From an uncultured Roseburia sp. (GTDB lineage: Bacteria; Bacillota; Clostridia; Lachnospirales; Lachnospiraceae): a DNA stretch of 64,000 nucleotides. Under the pieces are notes generated by a model. The model was not told the origin of the DNA. It saw only the letters and a list, made by a program, of their open reading frames with translations, and made no database searches. The position numbers were made by a program, and so were the translations under genes. Where the stretch lies: the NCBI GenBank assembly GCA_964408625.1, contig CAYPAA010000001.1, positions 63,860-127,859 on the forward strand, in the 5' to 3' direction. Positions 49,495 through 59,760 of the stretch are shown here, piece after piece; position 1 is the stretch's first letter; every line of letters begins with the position of its first letter.

Positions 49495-50223
49495 CTACTC
49501 ATCCCAGTTGTGATAAACTTCCTGGACATCATCATCCTCGTCTAATAAAGTTAAAATCTTATTGATATTATATAAATCCTGTTCATCTGACAATGTAACA
49601 TATGTCTGTGGAATCATAGTGACTTGTGCGTCAGCCATAACCACACCTTCTTTTTCCAATGCCTCACGAACAGTTGAAAAATCATCTGGATTGGTGATCA
49701 CTTCAAAGCTGTCTTCTTCTTCCGAAAAATCTTCTGCGCCGGCATCAAGAGCAAGCATCATCAAGTCGTCTGTATCCATATCACAGTCTTCTTTTGCAAT
49801 TAATATCTGTCCTTTTTTATCGAACATATAAGAAACACAACCTTGTGTACCAATGCTTCCTTTTCCTTTTGTAAAAGCACTTCTGACATTGGCCGCCGTA
49901 CGGTTCTTGTTGTCTGTAAGTGCATCTACTATAATCGCTGTCCCGTTAGGACCATATCCCTCATATGTAACAGATTCGTAATTAACAGAATTGGCATCTC
50001 CTGCCGCTTTTTTGATTCCTCTTTCTATCGTGTCGTTTGGCATATTGTTTGCTTTTGCTTTCGCAATCACATCACGCAACTTACTATTATTTTCCGGATC
50101 CGGACCGCCTTCTTTTACCGCAACAGCAATCTCTCTTCCGATGATGGTAAATATTTTGCCTTTTGCCGCATCATTTTTTTCTTTTTTATGCTTGATGTTG
50201 GCAAATTTTGAATGTCCTGACAT
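49495..50223 (-). CDS. yebC: YebC/PmpR-family protein
   Basis: [36 protein letters not shown]. Confidence 0.95.
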   Translation of the reverse strand: MSGHSKFANIKHKKEKNDAAKGKIFTIIGREIAVAVKEGGPDPENNSKLRDVIAKAKANNMPNDTIERGIKKAAGDANSVNYESVTYEGYGPNGTAIIVDALTDNKNRTAANVRSAFTKGKGSIGTQGCVSYMFDKKGQILIAKEDCDMDTDDLMMLALDAGAEDFSEEEDSFEVITNPDDFSTVREALEKEGVVMADAQVTMIPQTYVTLSDEQDLYNINKILTLLDEDDDVQEVYHNWDE

Positions 50224-50301
50224 TTCTACTTCCTCTTTTCTATCGTATTCAAATGTATTCTATCATTTTTCATCTGTTCTTTCAAGAAATCTAAATAGGA
50301 T

Positions 50302-51135
50302 TTATACGGTAGACACCTGTACTTGTTGAATCATTTTCCCTTCAACATCCAACACGTGAAAACAGTATGTTCCATAGACAACATCAAAGGATTCATGTTC
50401 ATTTGGAATTCTCCCCAGCAATGAAACCAAAAATCCATTTAAGGTATCAAATTCTTCTGGGAAGGACACACCTAATACTTCGCTTGCATTTTCTAATGTT
50501 GTAGTGCCATCCATGACAAAACAATCTGTCGACACACGCGCGATAGAATCTGTCTCATCATCATGTTCATCCTGAATATTTCCTACAATCTCTTCGAGAA
50601 TATCTTCCATTGATATCAATCCGCTGGTTTGTCCGTACTCATCAACAACAAGCATCATATGACATTTTTTTGACTGCATCTTTGCAAATAACGTATTCAA
50701 TCCATGTGTCTCCGGCACAAACTCTACCGTCTGCAATAATTCATCAAAATCTCGCAGTTTGCGGCCATACAATTGTTGATTTCGGGCATAGGAAAGCGTG
50801 TCCTTAATATGTAATACACCAATAATATGATCATAATCCTGTAAATAAACCGGATATCTGGAAAAAGTTGTATCACATATACAATCCAATGCCTCTGAAA
50901 ATGTCATATCTCCATCAAGGCACACCATCTGTTTTCTATGTACCATGATATCTTTTGCATCTTTATCCCCAAATTCAAATATATTTTGAATCATTGTGGC
51001 TTCACTGGCCAACAAAACGCCCTGTTCGTGGCCCTCATTCACCATTGAGATAATTTCATCTTCAAATTCATCTTCCAGTTCATCCTTCGATCTCGAACCA
51101 AATAATTTTTGAAACCTTTTTGATATGTCGTTCAC
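50302..51135 (-). CDS. CBS-pair and CorC/HlyC domain protein without the CNNM membrane domain
   Basis: FSRYPVY, VDEYGQTSGLISMEDILEEIVG, DTLNGF; no hydrophobic segment. Confidence 0.85.
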   Translation of the reverse strand: MNDISKRFQKLFGSRSKDELEDEFEDEIISMVNEGHEQGVLLASEATMIQNIFEFGDKDAKDIMVHRKQMVCLDGDMTFSEALDCICDTTFSRYPVYLQDYDHIIGVLHIKDTLSYARNQQLYGRKLRDFDELLQTVEFVPETHGLNTLFAKMQSKKCHMMLVVDEYGQTSGLISMEDILEEIVGNIQDEHDDETDSIARVSTDCFVMDGTTTLENASEVLGVSFPEEFDTLNGFLVSLLGRIPNEHESFDVVYGTYCFHVLDVEGKMIQQVQVSTV

Positions 51136-51178
51136 TTTTTACTCCTCTATTGTCAACTTCATCAGAACGGTTATCCTG

Positions 51179-51526
51179 TTATGTAAGAAGCTCTAAGCTA
51201 ATTTCCAATGCTTTGTCAACTTCAAACAACACCTGATGATCAAGATGACATATTTTTTCTTTTAAACGTTTCTTATCAATTGTTCTGAGCTGTTCCAATA
51301 AAACAACAGAATCCTTTACCAAATCATATTTCTCACTATCTAATGAAACATGCGTCGGCAATTTTGCCTTGTTTAATTTGGATGTAATAGCCGCACAAAT
51401 CACAGTGGGAGAGTGTACATTTCCCACATCGTTTTGTATGATTAATACGGGTCTTATCCCACCCTGTTCAGAACCAACAACCGGTCTTAAATCTGCATAA
51501 TAAATATCGCCTCGTCGAATTGTCAT
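51179..51526 (-). CDS. mazF: PemK/MazF (EndoA-like) mRNA endoribonuclease
   Basis: [50 protein letters not shown]. Confidence 0.95.
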   Translation of the reverse strand: MTIRRGDIYYADLRPVVGSEQGGIRPVLIIQNDVGNVHSPTVICAAITSKLNKAKLPTHVSLDSEKYDLVKDSVVLLEQLRTIDKKRLKEKICHLDHQVLFEVDKALEISLELLT

Positions 51527-51555
51527 AATACACACTCCAAAATTGAATTTATCAA

Positions 51556-51584
51556 TAGTATTTCCACAATTTTGAAAGCTATTC
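51556..51584 (-). promoter_or_regulatory. sigma-F/sigma-G-like promoter upstream of mazF
   Basis: GAATA, 14 nt, GGAAATACTA (17 nt to AATACTA). Confidence 0.4.
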
Positions 51585-51592
51585 ACTTTATA

Positions 51593-52756
51593 TTATGCAA
51601 AAAAGTCTAATTTGCCTATCAGATTCATTTTGTAATAATAGAATCTTGGAATTCGATTTCCCAAATCGCAGGCAAGTTCATAATTGAAACGACCGGACAA
51701 TTCACCCAGTTGTTCCATCGTAATCTCCTCTTCTCCACTCTTTCCAATCAAAACAACTTCGTCCATCAATTCCGCATCCGGAATTTCTGTGACATCCACC
51801 ATGAATTGATCCATACACACGCGTCCAAGAATGGGTGCTTTTTTTCCTCTTATCAAAACATAGCCTTTATTTGATAACGCCCTTGGATATCCATCTCCAT
51901 ATCCAACCGGAATGGTGGCAATCCTTTGTGCCCTATCTGTAACGTATGTTCCACCATAACTTATGCTTGTACCAGGTTCTACATCCTTAATATGCACGAT
52001 GTGGCTGTATAATGACAAAACCGGATGTAACTGGTATTGTGGACCCTCCTCATCGGATGGGCAAAGTCCATACAGCGTTATGCCTGCTCTGACCATATCC
52101 ATATGACATTCCGGCATACTGAGTATTGCGGCACTGTTCGCGCAATGTTTTATTTTGAATGTTACACCACGCTGCTCAACATCCGCTATCATATCCTGAA
52201 AAACTTGATATTGGGAATATGCAACCTGTTTATCTCTTTCGTCTGCACGCGCAAAGTGAGTGAATATGCCTTCCATACAAATTCGATCCAACTTTGAAAT
52301 TTCAATAATTTCATCAACAGATGTCTGGTTTGGCAAAAAACCGATACGTCCCATTCCGGTATCTACCTTGATGTGAACATAGGCATCCTTGCCGATCTTT
52401 TGCGCACTCTTTGAAATTGCATTTGCCATATCCATTCGAAATACACAGAATCGAATTTCTTTTTGAATCAGTTGCACATAATCCTGTTCAAAAACATAAC
52501 CAAGAATCAAAACCATTTTCTTAATCCCGGCATTCCGAAGTTCCATTGCTTCCTCCGCCGTTGCAACGGCAAAACCACAAATATGTCGATTTTTTTCCAA
52601 AACCTTCGCAATCGCCACTGCACCATGTCCGTATCCATTTGTTTTGATTACCGCCATAATCGGCACATCCGCTTTTTGGTATTTTTTCATCTCTGAAATG
52701 TTTTCTTCCACAGAATCCAAGTCTACATTTGCATAAATCCTCATAAATGTATTCAA
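51593..52756 (-). CDS. alr: Alanine racemase
   Basis: AVIKTNGYGHG, KVDTGMGRIG, FTHF, SYG, GYGDG, GRVCMDQ. Confidence 0.96.
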   Translation of the reverse strand: MNTFMRIYANVDLDSVEENISEMKKYQKADVPIMAVIKTNGYGHGAVAIAKVLEKNRHICGFAVATAEEAMELRNAGIKKMVLILGYVFEQDYVQLIQKEIRFCVFRMDMANAISKSAQKIGKDAYVHIKVDTGMGRIGFLPNQTSVDEIIEISKLDRICMEGIFTHFARADERDKQVAYSQYQVFQDMIADVEQRGVTFKIKHCANSAAILSMPECHMDMVRAGITLYGLCPSDEEGPQYQLHPVLSLYSHIVHIKDVEPGTSISYGGTYVTDRAQRIATIPVGYGDGYPRALSNKGYVLIRGKKAPILGRVCMDQFMVDVTEIPDAELMDEVVLIGKSGEEEITMEQLGELSGRFNYELACDLGNRIPRFYYYKMNLIGKLDFFA

Positions 52757-52758
52757 TT

Positions 52759-54252
52759 TTAAAGACCTCTTTCTTTAAATACTATTCTGATACCCTCTAC
52801 AATATCTGATGCCAGCATGCCATGCACACTTTTTTGTTCTGCGGCAATCTCCCCCGCCAGACCATGCAAATACACACCAATGGGAGCAGCCTTTGACGGT
52901 GCCATCCCCTGCGCAATCAGTGATACCAAAACACCGGTCAACACATCTCCGCTGCCCGCTGTCGCCATGCCCTCCGTGCCGGACTCATTGATATAGCCGC
53001 CTTCGTAGGGAACGGCAATCAATGTTGCAGCATCTTTCAAAACACAGATTACCTGATTGTCATTTGCATAATCCTGACACAACGCAAGTTTATGATCCAC
53101 AACATACAAATTCGGATTGTTTGTAAGACGTGCCATCTCACCGATGTGAGGCGTAACAATCACTTCTGTATGCGGTTGCTTCAAAAAACCCGGATATCTC
53201 GAAATAATATTAAGTGCATCCGCATCAATCACGAGCGGAACGGATGCATTCTTTGTGGTTTGCAAAACCAGTTGCTCCGCGGTTTTGGATTGACCCAGAC
53301 CCGGACCAATTGCTATCGCATCTGCCCATTGCATCAAATCCAACAATTCTTTTTCGTCATATTTATCATAACAGACAACAATGGCTTCCGGTATTTTTGT
53401 TAATAGGATATCACGATTCTTTTCTGATGTGTATACTTTTAGTAATCCACAGCCTGTACTTAGTGCACTATACGCAGCCAAACATGCCGCACCTGCCATC
53501 ACATCGGAGCCTGCAATCAGCAACACCTTGCCCACAGACCCTTTGTTTGCATCCACTTGCGCCTTGGGCAAATCCGTCAAATCATCTTTTGTCATACAGT
53601 GAAGTACAGCTCTATTTTCCGTCAGACTATGCGACGAAATACCGATGTCAACCGTCACCGTCTGTCCACAATATCGTTTGCCCGGATATAGTTTTTGACC
53701 TATTTTTTCAAATCCAAAGGTAATTGTGTAGTCTGCTTCAAAACCAACGCCAAGCACATTTCCATCATCTGCTGAAATTCCGGACGGCATATCAATGGCA
53801 ATTTTTCTTGCATCGATCGTATTTAAAAACGTTATCATTTCAAAATATGTTCCTAAAATCTCACGCGACAAACCAATTCCAAAGATGGCATCCATAATCA
53901 TGTCGCAATCACACAACTGATTACTATCTGTTGCATATGAAATCTGATAGTTTTCACAGATTCGCTTTTGTTTCAGACAATCTTCGGTACATTTTTCTTC
54001 TTCACCCGCAAAAAAGAGAATCACATCATATCCCTTTAGAAAAAGCAGTCTGGCGATGGCAAATCCATCTCCCCCATTATTACCACAGCCACACACAACA
54101 CCAATCCGTCCATATGCGTCATCGAAGGATTCCAGAAACGATACAACACCTAGTGCGGCGCGCTCCATCAGAACCATAGACGGAATCCCAAAATGCTCTA
54201 TTGTTTTTCTATCAGCTTGTTTCATCTCACGACTGCTCAAAAGAGTTTTCAT
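52759..54252 (-). CDS. nnr: Bifunctional NAD(P)HX epimerase/dehydratase
   Basis: GNNGGDG, DAIFGIG, IDMPSG; GPGLG, DADAL, TPH.GE, GSGDVLTG. Confidence 0.95.
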   Translation of the reverse strand: MKTLLSSREMKQADRKTIEHFGIPSMVLMERAALGVVSFLESFDDAYGRIGVVCGCGNNGGDGFAIARLLFLKGYDVILFFAGEEEKCTEDCLKQKRICENYQISYATDSNQLCDCDMIMDAIFGIGLSREILGTYFEMITFLNTIDARKIAIDMPSGISADDGNVLGVGFEADYTITFGFEKIGQKLYPGKRYCGQTVTVDIGISSHSLTENRAVLHCMTKDDLTDLPKAQVDANKGSVGKVLLIAGSDVMAGAACLAAYSALSTGCGLLKVYTSEKNRDILLTKIPEAIVVCYDKYDEKELLDLMQWADAIAIGPGLGQSKTAEQLVLQTTKNASVPLVIDADALNIISRYPGFLKQPHTEVIVTPHIGEMARLTNNPNLYVVDHKLALCQDYANDNQVICVLKDAATLIAVPYEGGYINESGTEGMATAGSGDVLTGVLVSLIAQGMAPSKAAPIGVYLHGLAGEIAAEQKSVHGMLASDIVEGIRIVFKERGL

Positions 54253-54283
54253 ATTTGTCACCTCATACAATAAATATACAACA

Positions 54284-54308
54284 AAGAGTTTCGCAGCGCG
54301 AAACTCTT
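54284..54308 (-). terminator. Hairpin between the hypothetical gene and nnr
   Basis: AAGAGTTTCGC-AGC-GCGAAACTCTT perfect 11-bp stem; weak U tail. Confidence 0.5.
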
Positions 54309-54969
54309 ATTTTTCCGATAATTGTTGGGAATCTGATGTATCTCCTTCCGGACGATCTTCACCGGTGATAAGATCAACATCATCATTTTTCACATCAAAA
54401 AGGTTGATGATGTCCTTTCCAAAAATATCATGCATATACGCATAGATTTCTTTATTGTTGATTTCCCGGTTTTGTTTTCGGATAATGTTTTTCTTCAATT
54501 CAACACGAATCTGTTTAATCCAATCAGAAATCTCCTCTGCTTCCTTATAGTTCGTGCGCAATCTGTCATAGCAGAATTCCATGGTTTCCATCATCAATGC
54601 ATCATTATATGTAGTAATCTGTTTTGGAATATCCAGCAGTTCACTTTCATTTGCATCAATCTTTTCATTCACTTCAACAATCAAACGCTTTGCTTCTAAT
54701 TGTTTCGATTTTGTTGTTTCGGAAGAATTTTCTGTCCCTTCCATATTCGCCACAATATCTTGCATCAAAGAATGTTTTAATTTTTTTAAGTCTTTTAACT
54801 CCTGGGTCAATTTTCCTTGGCGAGCAAGCGTGTCTGATAAGGCGTTTTCCAGCTCTTTGACATCATCCGACTTGCCTTCTAACGCAAATAATCGATGCCA
54901 TTTCTGATCCAAAACCAAAACAGGTATTTTCACTTTTTTTAATGCTTCTGTAAATGCTTGTTTTTCCAA
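54307..54969 (-). CDS. Hypothetical coiled-coil protein
   Basis: 220-aa ORF co-oriented with rex; KIPVLVLDQKWH...IYAYMHDIFG. Confidence 0.75.
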   Translation of the reverse strand: MEKQAFTEALKKVKIPVLVLDQKWHRLFALEGKSDDVKELENALSDTLARQGKLTQELKDLKKLKHSLMQDIVANMEGTENSSETTKSKQLEAKRLIVEVNEKIDANESELLDIPKQITTYNDALMMETMEFCYDRLRTNYKEAEEISDWIKQIRVELKKNIIRKQNREINNKEIYAYMHDIFGKDIINLFDVKNDDVDLITGEDRPEGDTSDSQQLSEK

Positions 54970-54979
54970 AGAATCACCT

Positions 54980-55615
54980 TCATTTATTCTCTTTGCTATT
55001 TGCGATACTGTATGATAATTGCATTAAACTATCTGACAGATGAACATTCTCAACAACCATATCATCTACATTGTCCAAATCAACATGTGCAAAGTTCCAA
55101 ATAGCATGTACACCCAGCGAAGATAACATCAACGCTGTCGTCTCCGCATTTTCCTTTGGTAATGTCAGTGCAGCAATGTCTATTTTTGTTGTTTTTGCAA
55201 ACTCCGGCAAATCACTCATCATTTGAACCGGCAATCCCCGGACTTCTTTGCCTTCTAATGCCGGATTGGTATCAAACAAACCAACAATGCGAAATCCAAA
55301 TTTGTCAAACTTGACATAGTTTGCAATTGCCTGTCCCAGATTACCAATGCCTATCACTATCATATTATGGGTTTCATTTAATCCGAGAATATTTCCGATT
55401 TCATCATATAAGTACGGAACATTATATCCGTAGCCCTGCTGTCCAAACCCGCCAAAATTATTCAAATCCTGCCGGATTTGCGATGCAGTAACGTGCATTC
55501 GAGAACTCAATTCATTGGATGATATCCGCTCTACCCCAGCATCAAGAAGTTCTCCTAAATATCGATAATATCTAGGCATTCGACGAATCACAGCTTGGGA
55601 AATATCTTTATCCAC
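54980..55615 (-). CDS. rex: Redox-sensing transcriptional repressor Rex
   Basis: RRMPRYYRYL, SQIRQDL..FG.FGQQGYGY, GIGNLG, IWNFA. Confidence 0.96.
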   Translation of the reverse strand: MDKDISQAVIRRMPRYYRYLGELLDAGVERISSNELSSRMHVTASQIRQDLNNFGGFGQQGYGYNVPYLYDEIGNILGLNETHNMIVIGIGNLGQAIANYVKFDKFGFRIVGLFDTNPALEGKEVRGLPVQMMSDLPEFAKTTKIDIAALTLPKENAETTALMLSSLGVHAIWNFAHVDLDNVDDMVVENVHLSDSLMQLSYSIANSKENK

Positions 55616-55648
55616 ACTGTTGCCCCCTTATTTTAAAATTATACTAAA

Positions 55649-55677
55649 ATTATAGTAATTTCGTTTCAGGTTGTCAA
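55649..55677 (-). promoter_or_regulatory. Consensus sigma-A promoter of rex
   Basis: TTGACA, 17 nt, TATAAT (perfect match). Confidence 0.8.
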
Positions 55678-55681
55678 TGTG

Positions 55682-57604
55682 TCAAAAATTTAACAACCCG
55701 TTTTCCGACAACTGCTCCCACTCCTGAAATAAAAGGTCCAATTGCTCCTGATATGTTTGCTGGGATGTTGTAATCTCATTCAGCTTTGCAGAATTGGTTG
55801 CAACTTCTTCTTTTCCGATTTCTGCATCCAGTTCTGCCAGCTTATTTTCAAGTTCAGCAATCTCTTCCTCGATTTTCTTTATCCGGTTTTCAATTTTTCG
55901 TTTTTTGCTCTGCAGTTTTTTTTGTTCGACCCAATCCATTTTTCCTTGTGAATCCTCCTCCACTACCGGAACAAAAGAATCCATCGTATTCGTCGCTTGT
56001 TGTAATTTCTTTTCAAGATAATACTCATAATTTCCAAAGTAATTCTCAAAGTGCTGTTGTTCTAATTCCAAAATACGATGTGCTGTCTTGTTAATAAAGT
56101 ATCGGTCATGCGACACATAAAGGAGTGTTCCCGTATATGCGCATAGCGCATTCTCTAAGATTTCTTTTGACTCCATGTCTAAGTGGTTTGTAGGCTCATC
56201 CAGAATCAAGAAATTAGCGCCTGACAACATGAGTTTTGCCAGAGAAATGCGTCCTCTCTCTCCACCGCTCAAATCCCCAATTCGCTTATAACAATCATCT
56301 CCCAGAAACATAAACGCTGCCAATACATTTCTGATTTTTGTCTGCGTAAGATTGGGATAGGTATCGCTCATCTCTTCAAATAACGTTTTCTCATCATGCA
56401 ACTCCTGCTGCTCCTGATCATAATATCCAATGGAGACATTTGCACCAAGCCGAATGGTTCCTCCGTCCGCATCAACCATTCCGTTGATAATCTTCAAAAG
56501 CGTCGTTTTTCCTGTACCATTATCGCCGATAATTGCAATATGCTCACCTCTGCGAATCAATTCACTTGTCGCCTGAAACAGAACATGTCCATCGTATGAT
56601 TTTGTAATATCCGTAAGTTCTAAAACATCATTTCCGCTGACAAAATCCGGCTCCAGAGACAGATGCATCGTCATATTCTGAGAGATTGGCATTTCCATCA
56701 CTTCCATTTTGTCCAAAGCCTTTTGACGGCTTTCTGCTCGTTTCACTGACTTCTCACGATTAAACTGTTTTAGTTTATCAATCACTTCCTGTTGATGTGC
56801 AATCATCTCCTGTTGTTTTTCGTACTCACGAAGTCTCGATAACATGATTTCATCTTTTTGTTTCGCATATGACGTATAATTGCCCTTATATAAATATGCC
56901 AAATGATTGCTGATATCCAGTACATTTGTCACAATACGATCCAGAAAGAACCGATCATGCGCCACCAAAATAACCGTGCCCTTATAATTCATCAAATAAT
57001 TTTCAAGCCACTGAATGGATGACAAATCCAAATGATTAATTGGCTCATCGAGCAGCAGAATATCCGGTTTTTTCACAAGAAGCTTTCCAAGTGATATTCT
57101 GGTTTTTTGCCCACCGGAAAGCATTGTCATTGTCTTGGAAAAATCATCTTCGGTAAAACCCAGACCATGCAGAACGCCGTTTACTTCCGATTCATATGCA
57201 TTACCACCCAGATGATTAAAGCGGTCGTTTAACTCATGATACTTATTTAAAAGTTTTTCCAGCGCTTCCCCTTCCAAATGTTTCATATCGGATTCCATTT
57301 GATGTAACTCATCTTCCATCTGAATCATTTCACCACATGAGGAACGGACAATTTCATAGACGGTCCCGGATGCTTCCACTTCCTGATATTGGGCTAAATA
57401 ACCAACAGTGGTGTTCTTAGCAAACACCACTGTCCCTTCATCCGCTTCCATCTCATCAGTTATTATTTTAAGTAAAGTAGATTTTCCTGCCCCATTGTTC
57501 CCGACAATAGCAAGTTTATCTCCCTCATTTACCTGAAAAGATATCTTTTTTAATATGTCATCGCTACCAAACGCTTTGGAAATGTTTTGGCAAGATAATA
57601 TCAT
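55682..57604 (-). CDS. ABC-F family ATPase (YdiF-like)
   Basis: Two ABC domains (GNNGAGKS, LSGG, DEP; GDNGTGKT, LSGG, DEPTNHLD), no TM, C-terminal coiled coil. Confidence 0.93.
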   Translation of the reverse strand: MILSCQNISKAFGSDDILKKISFQVNEGDKLAIVGNNGAGKSTLLKIITDEMEADEGTVVFAKNTTVGYLAQYQEVEASGTVYEIVRSSCGEMIQMEDELHQMESDMKHLEGEALEKLLNKYHELNDRFNHLGGNAYESEVNGVLHGLGFTEDDFSKTMTMLSGGQKTRISLGKLLVKKPDILLLDEPINHLDLSSIQWLENYLMNYKGTVILVAHDRFFLDRIVTNVLDISNHLAYLYKGNYTSYAKQKDEIMLSRLREYEKQQEMIAHQQEVIDKLKQFNREKSVKRAESRQKALDKMEVMEMPISQNMTMHLSLEPDFVSGNDVLELTDITKSYDGHVLFQATSELIRRGEHIAIIGDNGTGKTTLLKIINGMVDADGGTIRLGANVSIGYYDQEQQELHDEKTLFEEMSDTYPNLTQTKIRNVLAAFMFLGDDCYKRIGDLSGGERGRISLAKLMLSGANFLILDEPTNHLDMESKEILENALCAYTGTLLYVSHDRYFINKTAHRILELEQQHFENYFGNYEYYLEKKLQQATNTMDSFVPVVEEDSQGKMDWVEQKKLQSKKRKIENRIKKIEEEIAELENKLAELDAEIGKEEVATNSAKLNEITTSQQTYQEQLDLLFQEWEQLSENGLLNF

Positions 57605-57613
57605 GACTTCCTC

Positions 57614-58822
57614 CTAAAGCATACCCTCTAATGTCGCTCTGATTGCCTTGATAAAGTCCTGACTGTTCAACACGGTTGGATGCTCTATTGTTGTAATCAA
57701 AGCGAGATCCTTTGTCATTTTTCCTTCTTCTATCGTTTGAATACATGCGCTTTCTAATTTGTCTGCAAAATCACAGAGTTCCGGAGTGTGGTCCAATTCA
57801 CCTCTCTTGCGGAGCGCGCCTGTCCATGCAAAGATGGTCGCAACAGAATTTGTCGAGGTTTCCTCTCCGTTTAAATGCTTATAGTAATGGCGTTGTACTG
57901 TTCCATGTGCCGCCTCATATTCATAAACTCCCTGCGGAGAGACAAGGACAGATGTCATCATTGCAAGGGAACCAAACGCAGATGACACCATATCACTCAT
58001 GACATCCCCATCGTAATTCTTACATGCCCAAATATAACCACCCTCTGACTTCATGACACGAGCAACTGCATCATCAATCAATGTATAGAAATAGGTGATA
58101 CCTGTTGCCTCAAATCGCTCCTTATACTCAGCGTCAAAGATTTCCTGAAAGATATCTTTGAACGTATGGTCATACTTTTTAGAAATGGTATCCTTTGTCG
58201 CAAACCATAAATCCTGCTTTGTGTCTAATGCATAGTTAAAACAACTCTTTGCAAAACTTTCAATGGAATCATTCAGATTGTGCTGTCCCTGCACAACGCC
58301 GGCACCTGCAAAATTATGTACGACTTCTCTTGTCTGTGTCCCATCCTCCGCTGTGTAGACAAGTTCTACCTTGCCGGGACTCGGGATTACCATCTCAGCA
58401 TTTTTGTATACATCACCGTACGCATGTCTGGCGATTGTAATCGGTTTCTTCCAATTGCGCACGCATGGCTCGATGCCTTTTACAATAATAGGTGCGCGGA
58501 AAACCGTACCATCCAATATCGCACGAATCGTTCCGTTTGGGCTTTTCCACATCTCTTTCAAATCATATTCTGTCATACGAGCGGCATTTGGTGTGATGGT
58601 TGCACACTTTACGGCAACTCCGTATTTTTGGGTAGCTTCTGCAGAATCGATTGTAACATGGTCATCTGTTTCATTACGATGCTCAAGTCCTAAATCATAA
58701 TATTCTGTTTTCAAATCTATAAATGGTGTCAACAATTCATCTTTGATCATCTGCCAAAGAATTCTTGTCATCTCATCTCCGTCCATCTCAACAAGTGGTG
58801 TCTTCATTATAATCTTACTCAT
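57614..58822 (-). CDS. icd: NADP-dependent isocitrate dehydrogenase (type II)
   Basis: DGDEMTR, KCATITP, SPNGTIR, NYDGDV.SD, EAAHGTV. Confidence 0.96.
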   Translation of the reverse strand: MSKIIMKTPLVEMDGDEMTRILWQMIKDELLTPFIDLKTEYYDLGLEHRNETDDHVTIDSAEATQKYGVAVKCATITPNAARMTEYDLKEMWKSPNGTIRAILDGTVFRAPIIVKGIEPCVRNWKKPITIARHAYGDVYKNAEMVIPSPGKVELVYTAEDGTQTREVVHNFAGAGVVQGQHNLNDSIESFAKSCFNYALDTKQDLWFATKDTISKKYDHTFKDIFQEIFDAEYKERFEATGITYFYTLIDDAVARVMKSEGGYIWACKNYDGDVMSDMVSSAFGSLAMMTSVLVSPQGVYEYEAAHGTVQRHYYKHLNGEETSTNSVATIFAWTGALRKRGELDHTPELCDFADKLESACIQTIEEGKMTKDLALITTIEHPTVLNSQDFIKAIRATLEGML

Positions 58823-58909
58823 TCTCATGTCCTCCAAATTTTTTTACCGCTTTCTAGTATAACAAAACATTTCTCTCTGGTAAAGATAACAAAGAAAATG
58901 ATTTTTGTA

Positions 58910-58935
58910 ACACATCTTATCTTTTGACATAAGAT
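58910..58935 (+). promoter_or_regulatory. sigma-K-like late mother-cell promoter
   Basis: AC, 16 nt, CATAAGAT. Confidence 0.55.
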
Positions 58936-58964
58936 ACATTGTAAATAGTTTTTGGAGGTTTCTT

Positions 58965-59183
58965 ATGAGTGACCTAGTAGCAACAAATTGTGGATGCGGA
59001 AATGACAACAATAGCTGTTGTAGTTCCCTGATCTGGATTATCTTGATTCTTGCATTGTGCAACAACGGCGGAAGCACATTTGGAAATGACGGCTGCTGTG
59101 GCGGTGGCAATGACTGTATCTGGATTATTTTATTGTTACTCTTCTGTGGCGGTGGCTGCGGATGCGGTAACGGCATCTTCTAA
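58965..59183 (+). CDS. Small Cys/Gly-rich repeat protein, probable spore coat/exosporium component
   Basis: RBS GGAGG; two CC...IWIIL.L..C.GG units; sigma-K-like promoter. Confidence 0.8.
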   Translation: MSDLVATNCGCGNDNNSCCSSLIWIILILALCNNGGSTFGNDGCCGGGNDCIWIILLLLFCGGGCGCGNGIF

Positions 59184-59199
59184 ATTTCATATTGTTTTT

Positions 59200-59222
59200 G
59201 GCGCCAACATGGCGCCTTTTTT
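59200..59222 (+). terminator. Intrinsic terminator
   Basis: GGCGCC-AACAT-GGCGCC-TTTTTT. Confidence 0.7.
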
Positions 59223-59352
59223 ATTTTCTTCGTCTTTTTTGTTGTATTGTTTTATGCTCCCTTGTTTCGCATTTTTGTCCCTTTTCCTTCTTTTTCATAC
59301 ATTCCAAGTCAACCTCATAGCATTCATTATTTCTAAGAATCAATCGTTTCAT
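59221..59352 (-). CDS. Small basic hypothetical protein, 43 aa (below the ORF-track cutoff)
   Basis: MKRLILRNNECYEVDLECMKKKEKGQKCETREHKTIQQKRRRK*; RBS AAAGGA 7 nt upstream. Confidence 0.55.
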   Translation of the reverse strand: MKRLILRNNECYEVDLECMKKKEKGQKCETREHKTIQQKRRRK

Positions 59353-59424
59353 ATCATAATCCTTTTTTCTTAGTATATGTACTTCTACATTTTATTTTTA
59401 CACATAGAATAAATAAAAAACGCT

Positions 59425-59760
59425 ATGGAAAACGAATCTGTATCTTTATATGAAAACCGTCTTCAAAGCAAGGAAATCGATATCATGAAAACGATTCTTC
59501 CTTACTTGAATCCCACATCACAGAAAAATGTATCTATGCTAATATCTTACATGCAGTTGCAAAAGACAATGGAATTTTTTGAAAATCCAGAAAATACAAT
59601 GCAAATCGGAGCGATGGAGAGAAAAGATAACACAACAGAAATCCTAAACGCCATAAAATCTCATTGCAATCCGGTGGAGCAACAGAAAATCGATCAAATG
59701 TTGAGTGCATTACAAATGATATCAACTTATGAAATATTATTTAACGGAGGTCAAGAATAG
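59425..59760 (+). CDS. Hypothetical protein, possibly sporulation-linked
   Basis: 111-aa ORF; CATAGAAT -10-like element upstream. Confidence 0.7.
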   Translation: MENESVSLYENRLQSKEIDIMKTILPYLNPTSQKNVSMLISYMQLQKTMEFFENPENTMQIGAMERKDNTTEILNAIKSHCNPVEQQKIDQMLSALQMISTYEILFNGGQE

